Position numbers and translations under genes: made by a program | In this document: piece after piece, positions 9,291 through 16,877 of the stretch | How positions within the stretch are numbered: position 1 is the stretch's first letter | Layout of the letters: each line of letters begins with the position of its first letter | Assembly: GCA_963787835.1 (NCBI GenBank) | Contig: CAWBEI010000002.1 | Coordinates: 335,690-367,689, forward strand | DNA length: 32,000 bases | Source of the DNA: Ignavibacteriota bacterium | GTDB taxonomy: Bacteria; Bacteroidota; Ignavibacteria; Palsa-1295 | Direction of reading: 5' to 3' | The notes under the pieces: generated by a model | Told to the model about the DNA's origin: nothing | What the model saw: the letters and a program-made list of their open reading frames with translations, nothing else | The model's database searches: none

Positions 9291-10817
9291 TTATTTAGTA
9301 ATCGCCAGATTGATGTAGCTCACCATATCTCCCACCCTAACGCGGCATACATATTTTCCCGATGGGAGCGTCTCCGTGCCGAGCGAAATGGATTGTGGGC
9401 CTTCGTTTGAATAACCGTTCATAACCTCCATTATTTGTTTTCCCAGGGGATCATAAATAGCAATCTGCGTAAAGCTGGATTCTACTGTTGTAAATTTCAA
9501 GGTCATTCCACCGCTTGAAGGATTTGGGAAAACTTCGGGGTTAAACCAATCGGGCTGTTGAGGGGTGGAAACACCCAACGTCGTATCTGAATGAGTCGGG
9601 CAATAAAGTTTCGCGAACATGCAGGAATCATCGCTCCCAAGTCCGCGTGGAGCGATGTTAGGTTGCGCCTGCTTAGATCCCATCAACATCCAATATCCTG
9701 GTATGCTACTCTTACAATAATTATAGTTATTAACGCAGGTGTCTCCACGAACAATCGTATCTGGATGTAGTAACCCGAGCCAATGGCCGATCTCATGCTC
9801 GATTATTTCCTTAAAGCTGAAATCATAAAACCCTTGATTTGCCGCGCCGGGGTCTGGGGCAGGTCCCGTGTACCATCCCATCAATGGACTCTGGTGTAGC
9901 TTGTAACCAGGAATAGGCTGAAGGGCATCGTTTCCATTTTGGTAGAAGAAGCTATTTGTTGCATTGTAAGTAATAAACCGATAATTTGAGTTCGGACATG
10001 CGCCTCCATCGGGGCATCCCGGATGCCCATACGTCCATGCAACAGGATAGCCGGCTTTTTTCAATCCAGATGCTTGATAAGTTCCTTGAAAGTGAAGGAT
10101 ATTAGTGTCCGGAATTATGAGGATACAGCAGGTTGTGTCGCCAGTAAATCCGCAAATTCCAAGCCACGCATTTAGATCGGATTGAGCATCAGAACTTGCA
10201 CCACCCGTGTTCCAAACCTGATCGTAATGCACATCTGAGCCGTTGGCGTATGATATAGAGTCACTTATGTAAGTGTTGTATCTTTCTATATCGATTTCAA
10301 AGATTGAGTAATCTTCTCTATCGCAGTCATAAACCGATAATGCCTCTTCATATTCTTCGTCATAGTCATAATTATCACGATTAGGAGGAACATCTGGTTC
10401 ATGTCCATCATGCACTTGGTGGAAATCGGTATCCCATTCGTCTAACCCGGCATTATAGGTTCCGGTATCCAAGACCTCACCCGGATCGGGAATGCAGCCG
10501 GAGAAAACATCATAAGTATCTGGTAACGAAACAGGTTCTGGCGGCTCTGGAACAGGATCGGTCGGTTGATCGAATACACTCGTGTCAGGTGGAATTACAT
10601 TTACACAACCCGGTATTTTCGATTTGGAGGGTGTGTAGCTTGGTGGTGGGTCATTCGGGTTTGTCGAACATTGCACGCCTTGAGCACCTGTAACGAAACA
10701 AAATACGTAAGGGAAACTCTCATTCCCGCATGGAATAGGGCAATGTATCGCCTGTGCCAACCCAATAGACGAAACGAAAAGGGAAGCAGCGATTAGAAGA
10801 AGTGGAAAAGACTTCAT
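9291..10817 (-). CDS. secreted zinc metalloprotease (metzincin, M43-like) with a T9SS-type C-terminal sorting domain
   Basis: It has a signal peptide (MKSFPLLLIAASLFVSSIGLAQA) and the zinc site HEIGHWLGLLH (HExxHxxGxxH). The C-terminal ~85 aa (FPNPSSGGMTLKF...GKYVCRVRVGDMVSYINLAITK) resemble a T9SS CTD. Confidence 0.8.
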   Translation of the reverse strand: MKSFPLLLIAASLFVSSIGLAQAIHCPIPCGNESFPYVFCFVTGAQGVQCSTNPNDPPPSYTPSKSKIPGCVNVIPPDTSVFDQPTDPVPEPPEPVSLPDTYDVFSGCIPDPGEVLDTGTYNAGLDEWDTDFHQVHDGHEPDVPPNRDNYDYDEEYEEALSVYDCDREDYSIFEIDIERYNTYISDSISYANGSDVHYDQVWNTGGASSDAQSDLNAWLGICGFTGDTTCCILIIPDTNILHFQGTYQASGLKKAGYPVAWTYGHPGCPDGGACPNSNYRFITYNATNSFFYQNGNDALQPIPGYKLHQSPLMGWYTGPAPDPGAANQGFYDFSFKEIIEHEIGHWLGLLHPDTIVRGDTCVNNYNYCKSSIPGYWMLMGSKQAQPNIAPRGLGSDDSCMFAKLYCPTHSDTTLGVSTPQQPDWFNPEVFPNPSSGGMTLKFTTVESSFTQIAIYDPLGKQIMEVMNGYSNEGPQSISLGTETLPSGKYVCRVRVGDMVSYINLAITK

Positions 10818-10856
10818 TGTTTGCTCCTTGTGGTTTTGGGAAGTGAATATGAACGA

Positions 10857-11903
10857 TTATGGATGGAGAATATTATAGATTCTCGCGCGAAGTCTTGACT
10901 TCCAGACCGCAACCGTTAGACCACCAGAAATGGAGGCACCAAGTCCGAAATCGTCGTTAGGATCAACCACATGACCGCTTACGACTCTATACATCGCTCC
11001 TTGATTTCCAAAGACACCCCAATAAGGTTGAATGCTGAAATAGCCATTGGCGGTATCAATTCCAATTCCTGCGATTCGAAGGAACACGATGTATTCTCCT
11101 CCCGGCCTGATCCACCATCCGGTCGAATCAGACAAAGCAGGCGAAAAAGGCATTTCATCACCTGCAATTGCACTTGCCCATTCGGGTGAATATTCAAATT
11201 GAATACACGCACCACTATCAGCGCGAACTGCATACGTTGGCCAAGTTGAAGCATAGCTCATGGTTGTAATCTCATTGGATTTCCGGTGAGTGTGCATGTC
11301 TTCGCCGATACAGAGTGGAATTTTTTGTCCCTTGATTTCATCAAGGATTGTGGAATTAACCAATACTATGTGTGGGGTAATGTTATCTGACGAGTTATAC
11401 TTGACGATGGTATCCCCGATAGTCACGTCCGCGATAATATCGGAAGCAAGAATAAAACCTGTACGACCGGTATCGCCTATACCATTTCCAATTTGATTAG
11501 CTAATATTGGAATTGAGTTACCAGGGTTACCTTTATAGTGCCAAGAATAATCTGGGTGCCCTCCAAGAGGCCATGAACTGATCTCCCATTGATATAATGA
11601 TAACGGATTATCGTCACTAACTTTGTAAAGCATCTCGGCAAGGAACGTCATCGTGTCATCGTGCCCAAGATTCCCGATCCATTTGTTGATCAAGTTCCAT
11701 TGCGTTGAGCGCATAAGTTCATCGGCCCAAAGGTATGCGCTTGCCACGTCGGAAGGTTGACTATCATATAGTGGTGGGACGGTCGTGAGAAGTGGGAGGC
11801 TATACTTGATTAAACCTGGATAATTCGGCCCCGTTTGGCTTCTCACAGCAGGTGCGGCAAAAAAACCTGCCCAAAGAAAGAGGATGAACATGATTCGTTT
11901 CAT
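10857..11903 (-). CDS. hypothetical secreted protein (about 348 aa), upstream partner of the metalloprotease
   Basis: The ORF extends to 11945. The Met at 11903 gives MKRIMFILFLWAGFFAAPAVRSQ, a signal peptide. There is a 39-nt gap to the protease gene on the same strand. I recognise no family. Confidence 0.6.
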   Translation of the reverse strand: MKRIMFILFLWAGFFAAPAVRSQTGPNYPGLIKYSLPLLTTVPPLYDSQPSDVASAYLWADELMRSTQWNLINKWIGNLGHDDTMTFLAEMLYKVSDDNPLSLYQWEISSWPLGGHPDYSWHYKGNPGNSIPILANQIGNGIGDTGRTGFILASDIIADVTIGDTIVKYNSSDNITPHIVLVNSTILDEIKGQKIPLCIGEDMHTHRKSNEITTMSYASTWPTYAVRADSGACIQFEYSPEWASAIAGDEMPFSPALSDSTGWWIRPGGEYIVFLRIAGIGIDTANGYFSIQPYWGVFGNQGAMYRVVSGHVVDPNDDFGLGASISGGLTVAVWKSRLRARIYNILHP

Positions 11904-12248
11904 AAAAACCCTTCCAGAAATGAATATTTGAAGTATGAAATTCAACTAACAGCACAAAGATACAACACTTTTTCCATCAAGTTTTAGATTTGATTTTCCG
12001 AATTGCAGGAGAATAGTAGGGTATTTGCAGGTGCTTTTTTCAAATGAAATGGGCGTTATCGTGGCTCTTTTCAACGGTTCATCGTGCATGATCAATTATT
12101 ATGGAGGTTCTTATGATAATCGTGTTGCGAAGCATATTTTGTAAGAAAGCAACGATGGAGTAAGGAGGATAGAATCGGTGTTCGAAAGAAAGTCCGATGC
12201 TCACATGCCAATGAAAAGCAACGGACTTCACCTCAAACAAAAATCATA

Positions 12249-12455
12249 ATGCTGAATGTACCGAAAACACTACTAAAAGAATTCGACGATATTATGAAAG
12301 CAAGCAAATGTGGTAATGACCGCTCCCACGTTATTTACGGAGATATAAACTGGGTTGTACGCGATGCGGCTGGCCTAAATCGTTACGATTGGTATATTAG
12401 ATGTAGCGAGAATGGGTGTTCCTTCACGGATCATGGTACTATCTGGCGGCCTTGA
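12249..12455 (+). CDS. hypothetical protein (68 aa)
   Basis: ATG ORF whose 3' end overlaps the convergent 12375-12677 ORF by 81 nt. One of the two may be shorter or spurious. Confidence 0.3.
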   Translation: MLNVPKTLLKEFDDIMKASKCGNDRSHVIYGDINWVVRDAAGLNRYDWYIRCSENGCSFTDHGTIWRP

Positions 12456-12677
12456 ATCGAGGGGTAAATGAACTTCATTCCATTCTTCATTGGTTTGAGG
12501 CATAACATCGAAAAGCGGATCGTCTTTGAATTTTTCAACAATGTACTCGATAAATTCTTGATCTTTTGGACATTGCAATACCGCACCCGTGTGATAAGGA
12601 TTCCCTCGCTCGGTGAATCGTGTTTCCCTCAGACGAAAATAGATGGCAACGTATTCTTTTTGTTCATCAGAAATCAT
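12375..12677 (-). CDS. hypothetical protein (100 aa)
   Basis: The ATG lies 25 nt downstream (on the - strand) of Y module copy 2. This is the same spacing as for the ORF at 7119, which supports a real start. Confidence 0.5.
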   Translation of the reverse strand: MISDEQKEYVAIYFRLRETRFTERGNPYHTGAVLQCPKDQEFIEYIVEKFKDDPLFDVMPQTNEEWNEVHLPLDSRPPDSTMIREGTPILATSNIPIVTI

Positions 12678-12702
12678 AATTCTACTTAAGGTAACGCCGC
12701 TT

Positions 12703-12734
12703 GTATCGTTTCCTCAATCGGAAATCCTGAAAGC
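12703..12734 (-). promoter_or_regulatory. conserved 32-nt leader/inverted-repeat module Y, copy 2
   Basis: The reverse complement reads GCTTTCAGGATTTCCGATTGAGGAAACGATAC, 31/32 identical to 7061-7092. Weaker similarity continues to the start codon. Confidence 0.8.
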
Positions 12735-12787
12735 GGCGTAACTTTATTTGGAAACCTCTGGTTGATTCTAATATATTAGTGCCATTT

Positions 12788-12825
12788 GACTTAGTTCCTA
12801 AAACGATATAGTATTTGTTGTTAAG
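12788..12825. repeat. conserved non-coding module Z, copy 2
   Basis: GACTTAGTTCCTAAAACGATATAGTATTTGTTGTTAAG matches 6620-6657 at 36/38 positions, in the same orientation. As with copy 1, it abuts the 3' end of a small - strand ORF. Confidence 0.8.
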
Positions 12826-13069
12826 AGGTTTTCGCTTCAGCCATCACAAAAACTCGATGACGGTAATTACCTTGTTCGCCTTCTTGGAAAAGACAGTGAT
12901 TAACGCGGGAGATTATGTAGTCCATCTTGCTATGATTAAATTCTTCACCGACTGATGGAATGACCGGTGCATGGTTGAGTGGGTATTCGCACTCGAACTC
13001 ATACATAATCTGACCGCCTTCACGGAGAACGTATTGCACGGCGTATGTTACGCTTTTGATTGAATCCAT
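12821..13069 (-). CDS. hypothetical protein (82 aa)
   Basis: ORF flanked by module Z (3' side) and module X (CTCGGAACGCC at 13093-13103, 5' side). This is the same layout as 6660-7004, but the protein shows no obvious similarity to it. Confidence 0.45.
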   Translation of the reverse strand: MDSIKSVTYAVQYVLREGGQIMYEFECEYPLNHAPVIPSVGEEFNHSKMDYIISRVNHCLFQEGEQGNYRHRVFVMAEAKTS

Positions 13070-13198
13070 TGTGTTGTTGTTTCCTTTCGACCCTCGGAAC
13101 GCCTTAAATTCGTGGCTCGTTCATGTCTCCCGAATGCGTTATTATCATCGAATATGGCGTTGAGCCACACTCCTGAAATTATTCACAATTAAAACAAT

Positions 13199-13447
13199 AT
13201 GTCTATGCAAATTAAATTCAACCTTACGGGCAAATCGAACGGCATTAAAACTTACGATGTAAAGAGCGGAGAGGCTACTCTTACCACCGCAAGAAGATTG
13301 CCGGGTGTAACGGGCTATGAAATCATCAATCCCCAAAACAACGAAGCAAAACAGGGGTTGGCAGGGGAACTCTTACGTGAGTTCTTCCCAGACCTACGGG
13401 GCGCTGCTTTAGAGATTGAAGATCAGGACGGCATGGCCATTATGTAG
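13199..13447 (+). CDS. hypothetical protein (82 aa)
   Basis: ATG ORF divergent from 12821-13069, followed by a strong terminator. No recognisable motif. Confidence 0.45.
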   Translation: MSMQIKFNLTGKSNGIKTYDVKSGEATLTTARRLPGVTGYEIINPQNNEAKQGLAGELLREFFPDLRGAALEIEDQDGMAIM

Positions 13448-13458
13448 GGATGTTCAGA

Positions 13459-13484
13459 GAAGGGCGGCCCAATGGCCGCCCTTC
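13459..13484. terminator. bidirectional rho-independent terminator
   Basis: GAAGGGCGGCC-CAAT-GGCCGCCCTTC hairpin followed by ATTTATT. It lies between convergent genes ending at 13447 (+) and 13487 (-). Confidence 0.75.
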
Positions 13485-13486
13485 AT

Positions 13487-14179
13487 TTATTGTAACACAG
13501 TATCCCATCCCCACGCACTGTTCGCAATCCCTGCCATTTGAGCCGGAGTGCAACCGATCGAGGAATGAAAGCGCATGAAATTGTAATGATAGAAGTGAAG
13601 ATTCACTGCGGCTCGTAGGTTATCGAGCTTCTTGCTCCAAGCGTTTGTCAGCCTTGTCAGTCGCCTCAACCCCATACGCATCGTGAGGTTTTGCCTCTCG
13701 ATGTAGCTGGTGGAAATATCTTCTACCAGTGGTGCGCCGAATATGACTCGTAGCGTTACTCCGACCAGACGGGCGGGTGAGTAACGACGCTCCCCAATGT
13801 ACGCCTCGGAATACTTTTTGTGAACTTGTCCGTAATCAATGGCACTCTTTCCATAGACCTTGTAAATCGCACTCACATAAGCATTCCAGGCATCGGTGCT
13901 GAGTTGGTAGCGGGTTTCGATGCGATCTCGAAGCTGTTCGAGAAGCTTCATAGCACTCCACCCATCACGCTTGCCAACATAGAATGCTGGTACGAGCTTG
14001 CTATCTGCATCAATGGCAACGAAGGTGTAAGCGTCACCATATTCCGCTTTATCAGCTAACGGATCTACACGTTTCTGTTTCTTTCCCACGTATCCCCAGA
14101 CTTCATCGAGCTGTATCCTTGGTAGTGGCTCAGTTTGGGAACTTTCGATATTTTTATACTGAATTATGTTTATGAACAC
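13487..14179 (-). CDS. IS1-family DDE transposase, catalytic domain only (lacks the N-terminal HTH; probably a truncated copy)
   Basis: It has DEVWGYVGKK, FVAIDADSKL, LSTDAWNAY and ERQNLTMRMGLRRLTRLTNAWSKK, which match the IS1 InsB pattern (DEqWgYVG / TDgw..Y / ERhNLnLRq..aRL.R...sFSKS). It aligns with residues ~64-284 of the neighbouring 284-aa copy. Confidence 0.7.
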   Translation of the reverse strand: MFINIIQYKNIESSQTEPLPRIQLDEVWGYVGKKQKRVDPLADKAEYGDAYTFVAIDADSKLVPAFYVGKRDGWSAMKLLEQLRDRIETRYQLSTDAWNAYVSAIYKVYGKSAIDYGQVHKKYSEAYIGERRYSPARLVGVTLRVIFGAPLVEDISTSYIERQNLTMRMGLRRLTRLTNAWSKKLDNLRAAVNLHFYHYNFMRFHSSIGCTPAQMAGIANSAWGWDTVLQ

Positions 14180-14369
14180 ACAAAAGATCGAAGTCGGCGA
14201 TATGGTGAAATTGAAAAACGGCGCAACGGTATTAATGTCCGTTCACGAATTGAACGGACATGGGATAGAATGCGATTGGTTAGATAACGAGAATAGATCG
14301 CAAAGACAGACCTTTGCACCTGCCCAACTTATCCGTTTAACCGATTCCCAAAATAGTCAACGAGAATGA
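14166..14369 (+). CDS. DUF2158/YodC-like small protein
   Basis: IEVGDMVKLKNGATVLMSV...GIECDWLDNENRSQRQTFAPAQL fits the YodC pattern (V.vK.GGP.M.V....v.C.W.d......F....L). Confidence 0.6.
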   Translation: MFMNTQKIEVGDMVKLKNGATVLMSVHELNGHGIECDWLDNENRSQRQTFAPAQLIRLTDSQNSQRE

Positions 14370-14523
14370 GTTGCTCCGTTATGAAGGCACCTTCTTGGAG
14401 TTCCCCGTTTTTGCTGAACCATTGGCAAATCCAATGATCTCCTGAGCCTTTGCGATTAACGCTCATTATTGGAGTGCCCTGAATGAATCCAAGATGGACT
14501 AAAGAGCCGGGTTTTATTTCCAT
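14329..14523 (-). CDS. DUF2158/YodC-like small protein (paralog)
   Basis: IKPGSLVHLGFIQGTPIMSV...HWICQWFSKNGELQEGAFITEQL fits the same pattern. It is convergent with 14166-14369, and the two overlap by 41 nt at their 3' ends. Confidence 0.55.
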   Translation of the reverse strand: MEIKPGSLVHLGFIQGTPIMSVNRKGSGDHWICQWFSKNGELQEGAFITEQLILVDYFGNRLNG

Positions 14524-14553
14524 GATTGTAATAGAATTATGGTTATGAAATAG

Positions 14554-14582
14554 AACGGGCTGGGGTGAAGTCCCAGCCCGTT
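14554..14582 (-). terminator. hairpin terminator downstream of the IS1-type transposase gene
   Basis: AACGGGCTGGG-GTGAAGT-CCCAGCCCGTT hairpin, 14 nt after the stop at 14596, with a T-rich tract following on the - strand. Confidence 0.55.
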
Positions 14583-14595
14583 TGCGTTAACACGC

Positions 14596-15450
14596 TTAGT
14601 CAACCGTCAAATCCCGTGTGTCAAGCAGGTCAACCAAGTCACCAATACTCCAAAGGTGATTCGTGAGTCCCGCCTTCATTGCAGGGGTCATTCTAAGGGA
14701 CTGGTGAACCCTCACGAAATTGTAGTGCATGAAGTGCAAAGCGATTGATGCGATATGATGCTCAACGCTTTTCGAGAACCCATTCGTGAGCCGGGTAAAA
14801 CGGCGCATTGACATTCTCATTGTGAGGTTTTGACGCTCAACGATTGATGTAGAAATGTGATCGGCATTCGGATTTCCGAACTTCGGCTGTTTCTCAATGC
14901 TAATAACTTCACCGGGGCTGTATCGCACGTCTGGCGAGTTGCCAGCACCTTTGCCATATTTCTTTACAAGCATTGCATAATCTACACCGTTGACGCCGAA
15001 CGACTCACGAACGGCGGTAAAATAATTTGCATGTGCGTCCGTTGTCAACTGAACGCGGTTAGCGAGACGGCTCGCTACATCACTCATGAACATATAGGCG
15101 TACTCTCCGTCACGCCGTCCTACGAGCCATGAAATGATTAATTTGGAATCTGTATCAATGGCAGTCCAAGTCCACTGGGAACCAACATTGCCGGAAGCTC
15201 TCTCACCGTCCGTGCAATTAGCGTCTTTCTTTCCTACGAAGCTCCAAATCTCATCGGCCTCAACACGTTGCGCCGTGACACCCTTAACATTCTCATCGTG
15301 GAACTTCTCACACGCCGCACCTAAGTCAAGAAGGAGCTTAGAAATGGTATTCCGCGACACGTCAACCATGCGCGAAATCGCACGGATGGAATTGCCCTCG
15401 ACAAGTGCCGATACGATCTGAATTTGTTTGTCTCTGTTTAGCTTGTTCAT
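14596..15450 (-). CDS. IS1-family transposase (full length, HTH + DDE domain)
   Basis: 284 aa with an N-terminal HTH (IVSALVEGNSIRAISRMVDVSRNTISKLL). It also has DEIWSFVGKK, WTAIDTDSKL, LTTDAHANY and ERQNLTMRMSMRRFTRLTNGFSKS. Confidence 0.8.
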   Translation of the reverse strand: MNKLNRDKQIQIVSALVEGNSIRAISRMVDVSRNTISKLLLDLGAACEKFHDENVKGVTAQRVEADEIWSFVGKKDANCTDGERASGNVGSQWTWTAIDTDSKLIISWLVGRRDGEYAYMFMSDVASRLANRVQLTTDAHANYFTAVRESFGVNGVDYAMLVKKYGKGAGNSPDVRYSPGEVISIEKQPKFGNPNADHISTSIVERQNLTMRMSMRRFTRLTNGFSKSVEHHIASIALHFMHYNFVRVHQSLRMTPAMKAGLTNHLWSIGDLVDLLDTRDLTVD

Positions 15451-15781
15451 GATAACTTAAACGGGTTACCCTAAGCATAAGTTTCAGTTTGTTTATTATT
15501 CTTCAAACAAAATAGCATTCGTTAAGAAACCCGCGCCGGAACAATCCCGGCGCGGGTATGGTTAGTATAACCACGAGAGAAGCCGCCCGCCCGCAAAAGC
15601 AAACGGCTCCCCCTCCGTAACGCAAAAGCGTTACGCCTTTCACGGTAATCGTAAAAAGGGTGCTGGTGAAGCCACTAAAGGCTCTAACCGATTCCACGAA
15701 GTAGAAAGCGACAGGAATCAGGCCACCAGCAAAATCAATATTAGGGGCTAATTTCGCCGTAGGAAGCGATTTTAGCCCTTT

Positions 15782-16237
15782 TTATTCATCTTGTTTCGCT
15801 AAATTCCATTCTTTTAACCAGATTAAGTCGCCCTGACGCACGATTCTATCATCTTGTCCAACGCCGATAGCGAAGTTTCGGAATTCAAAAGTCTTGTTTC
15901 CGCTTCCCTTATAGCCGTTTTTAACGAGGTGGTCGTATGCTTTCCTGAGAGAGTATTTGGCTGTTTTCTGTATTTTTAATAGCGCATAGGTCGCATTCGA
16001 TGCCGTCATGCCAGTATAGAGTCCGGGCGACGGTAGATCGCCCTCATCCTCTTCATTCTCGGAAGCATCCTGTTCATCTTCATTTTCATCCGAAATCTCA
16101 ATAAATTGTAGGAGTTCATCCGCCACGCCGGGTTTTAAGAATGAGGCAAGCCGATCATTCTCTTCCTTCAAAATCTCAATTTTTCCATCATTTTCAGCGA
16201 TTTTAGCCCTAATTTTGCTCTCTGAAAAGGTTATCAT
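15782..16237 (-). CDS. hypothetical protein (coiled-coil N-terminus, acidic linker, C-terminal globular part)
   Basis: The ORF is open to 16303, which would abut the tRNA, so the Met at 16237 (MITFSESKIRAK...) is the more plausible start. I recognise no family. Confidence 0.5.
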   Translation of the reverse strand: MITFSESKIRAKIAENDGKIEILKEENDRLASFLKPGVADELLQFIEISDENEDEQDASENEEDEGDLPSPGLYTGMTASNATYALLKIQKTAKYSLRKAYDHLVKNGYKGSGNKTFEFRNFAIGVGQDDRIVRQGDLIWLKEWNLAKQDE

Positions 16238-16306
16238 GATTTTCTCTGAATTATTTTTTGATGTTCTCGGTTCTATGGTTGCTACAAAATGCAAAACAGC
16301 CATTAG

Positions 16307-16383
16307 TAGCGGGGCGGGGGATCGAACCCCGCTCCTCTGGATCGAAAGTCCAGTGACCTACTGCCAAGTTAGTCTATCCCGCT
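16307..16383 (-). tRNA. tRNA, anticodon UUC (Glu) by manual folding; atypical
   Basis: The - strand reads AGCGGGA-TA-GACT-AACTTGGCAGTA-GGTC-A-CTGGA-CTTTCGA-TCCAG-AGGAG-CGGGG-TTCGATC-CCCCG-CCCCGCT-A. That gives a full cloverleaf with a canonical T-loop and U33. Atypical features are an A1:U72 pair, an A7/C66 mismatch, a 12-nt D-loop, G37 and no encoded CCA. Confidence 0.7.
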
Positions 16384-16643
16384 GTTGAACTTAAAGGAAT
16401 TGACCGAGTAAGCCGCCAAGCTTTTACCCGGTCTTTTTCGTTTAAGTGCACCCAACTAACCTTAACGGGTTCGAAAAGATTCATTAGTTAAATGGAAATA
16501 ATGTAGTTAAAATTTTAACGCCTCATTTCAGCAACAACAACTCGAAGCGTAAGACGTAGCTCAATACAGTTTTCAGCGCGTCAGATAAGGACGGAATCGA
16601 CCCGAACGCGCCTGTATGACAATGAATAATTCCCACCACAGAT

Positions 16644-16877
16644 TCAATCTGTTTTCTTCTTCCACCGGGCTTTAGCCGCTTTTTTAGCAATCTCAGACCG
16701 CTTCTCGGCACTTAGACGGGTCGCCCGAAGCTTTCCGCCCTCAGAACCCTTTTTTACGAATACTTCGCGGGGAATGGCTGTTTCTTCCTCGGTAGGCTCT
16801 ATTTGACCCGTTGCATATTGCATGATCTTAAAAGCGCGTTGGTTTGGGTCACGGGGTAGTTTTTTGGGTTTTATCAT
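16644..16877 (-). CDS. hypothetical small basic protein (77 aa)
   Basis: ATG ORF. Its C-terminus (GGKLRATRLSAEKRSEIAKKAAKARWKKK) has a motif common in small proteins of mobile elements. A hairpin lies directly upstream of the start. Confidence 0.5.
   Translation of the reverse strand: MIKPKKLPRDPNQRAFKIMQYATGQIEPTEEETAIPREVFVKKGSEGGKLRATRLSAEKRSEIAKKAAKARWKKKTD

Noticed and set aside
16575-16625. Possible tRNA remnant (GGACGGAATCGACCCGAAC) that could mark an att site
   Set aside because: The T-loop-like string lacks the conserved TTC, and no acceptor or anticodon arms can be drawn. It does not match the 3' half of the tRNA at 16307-16383.
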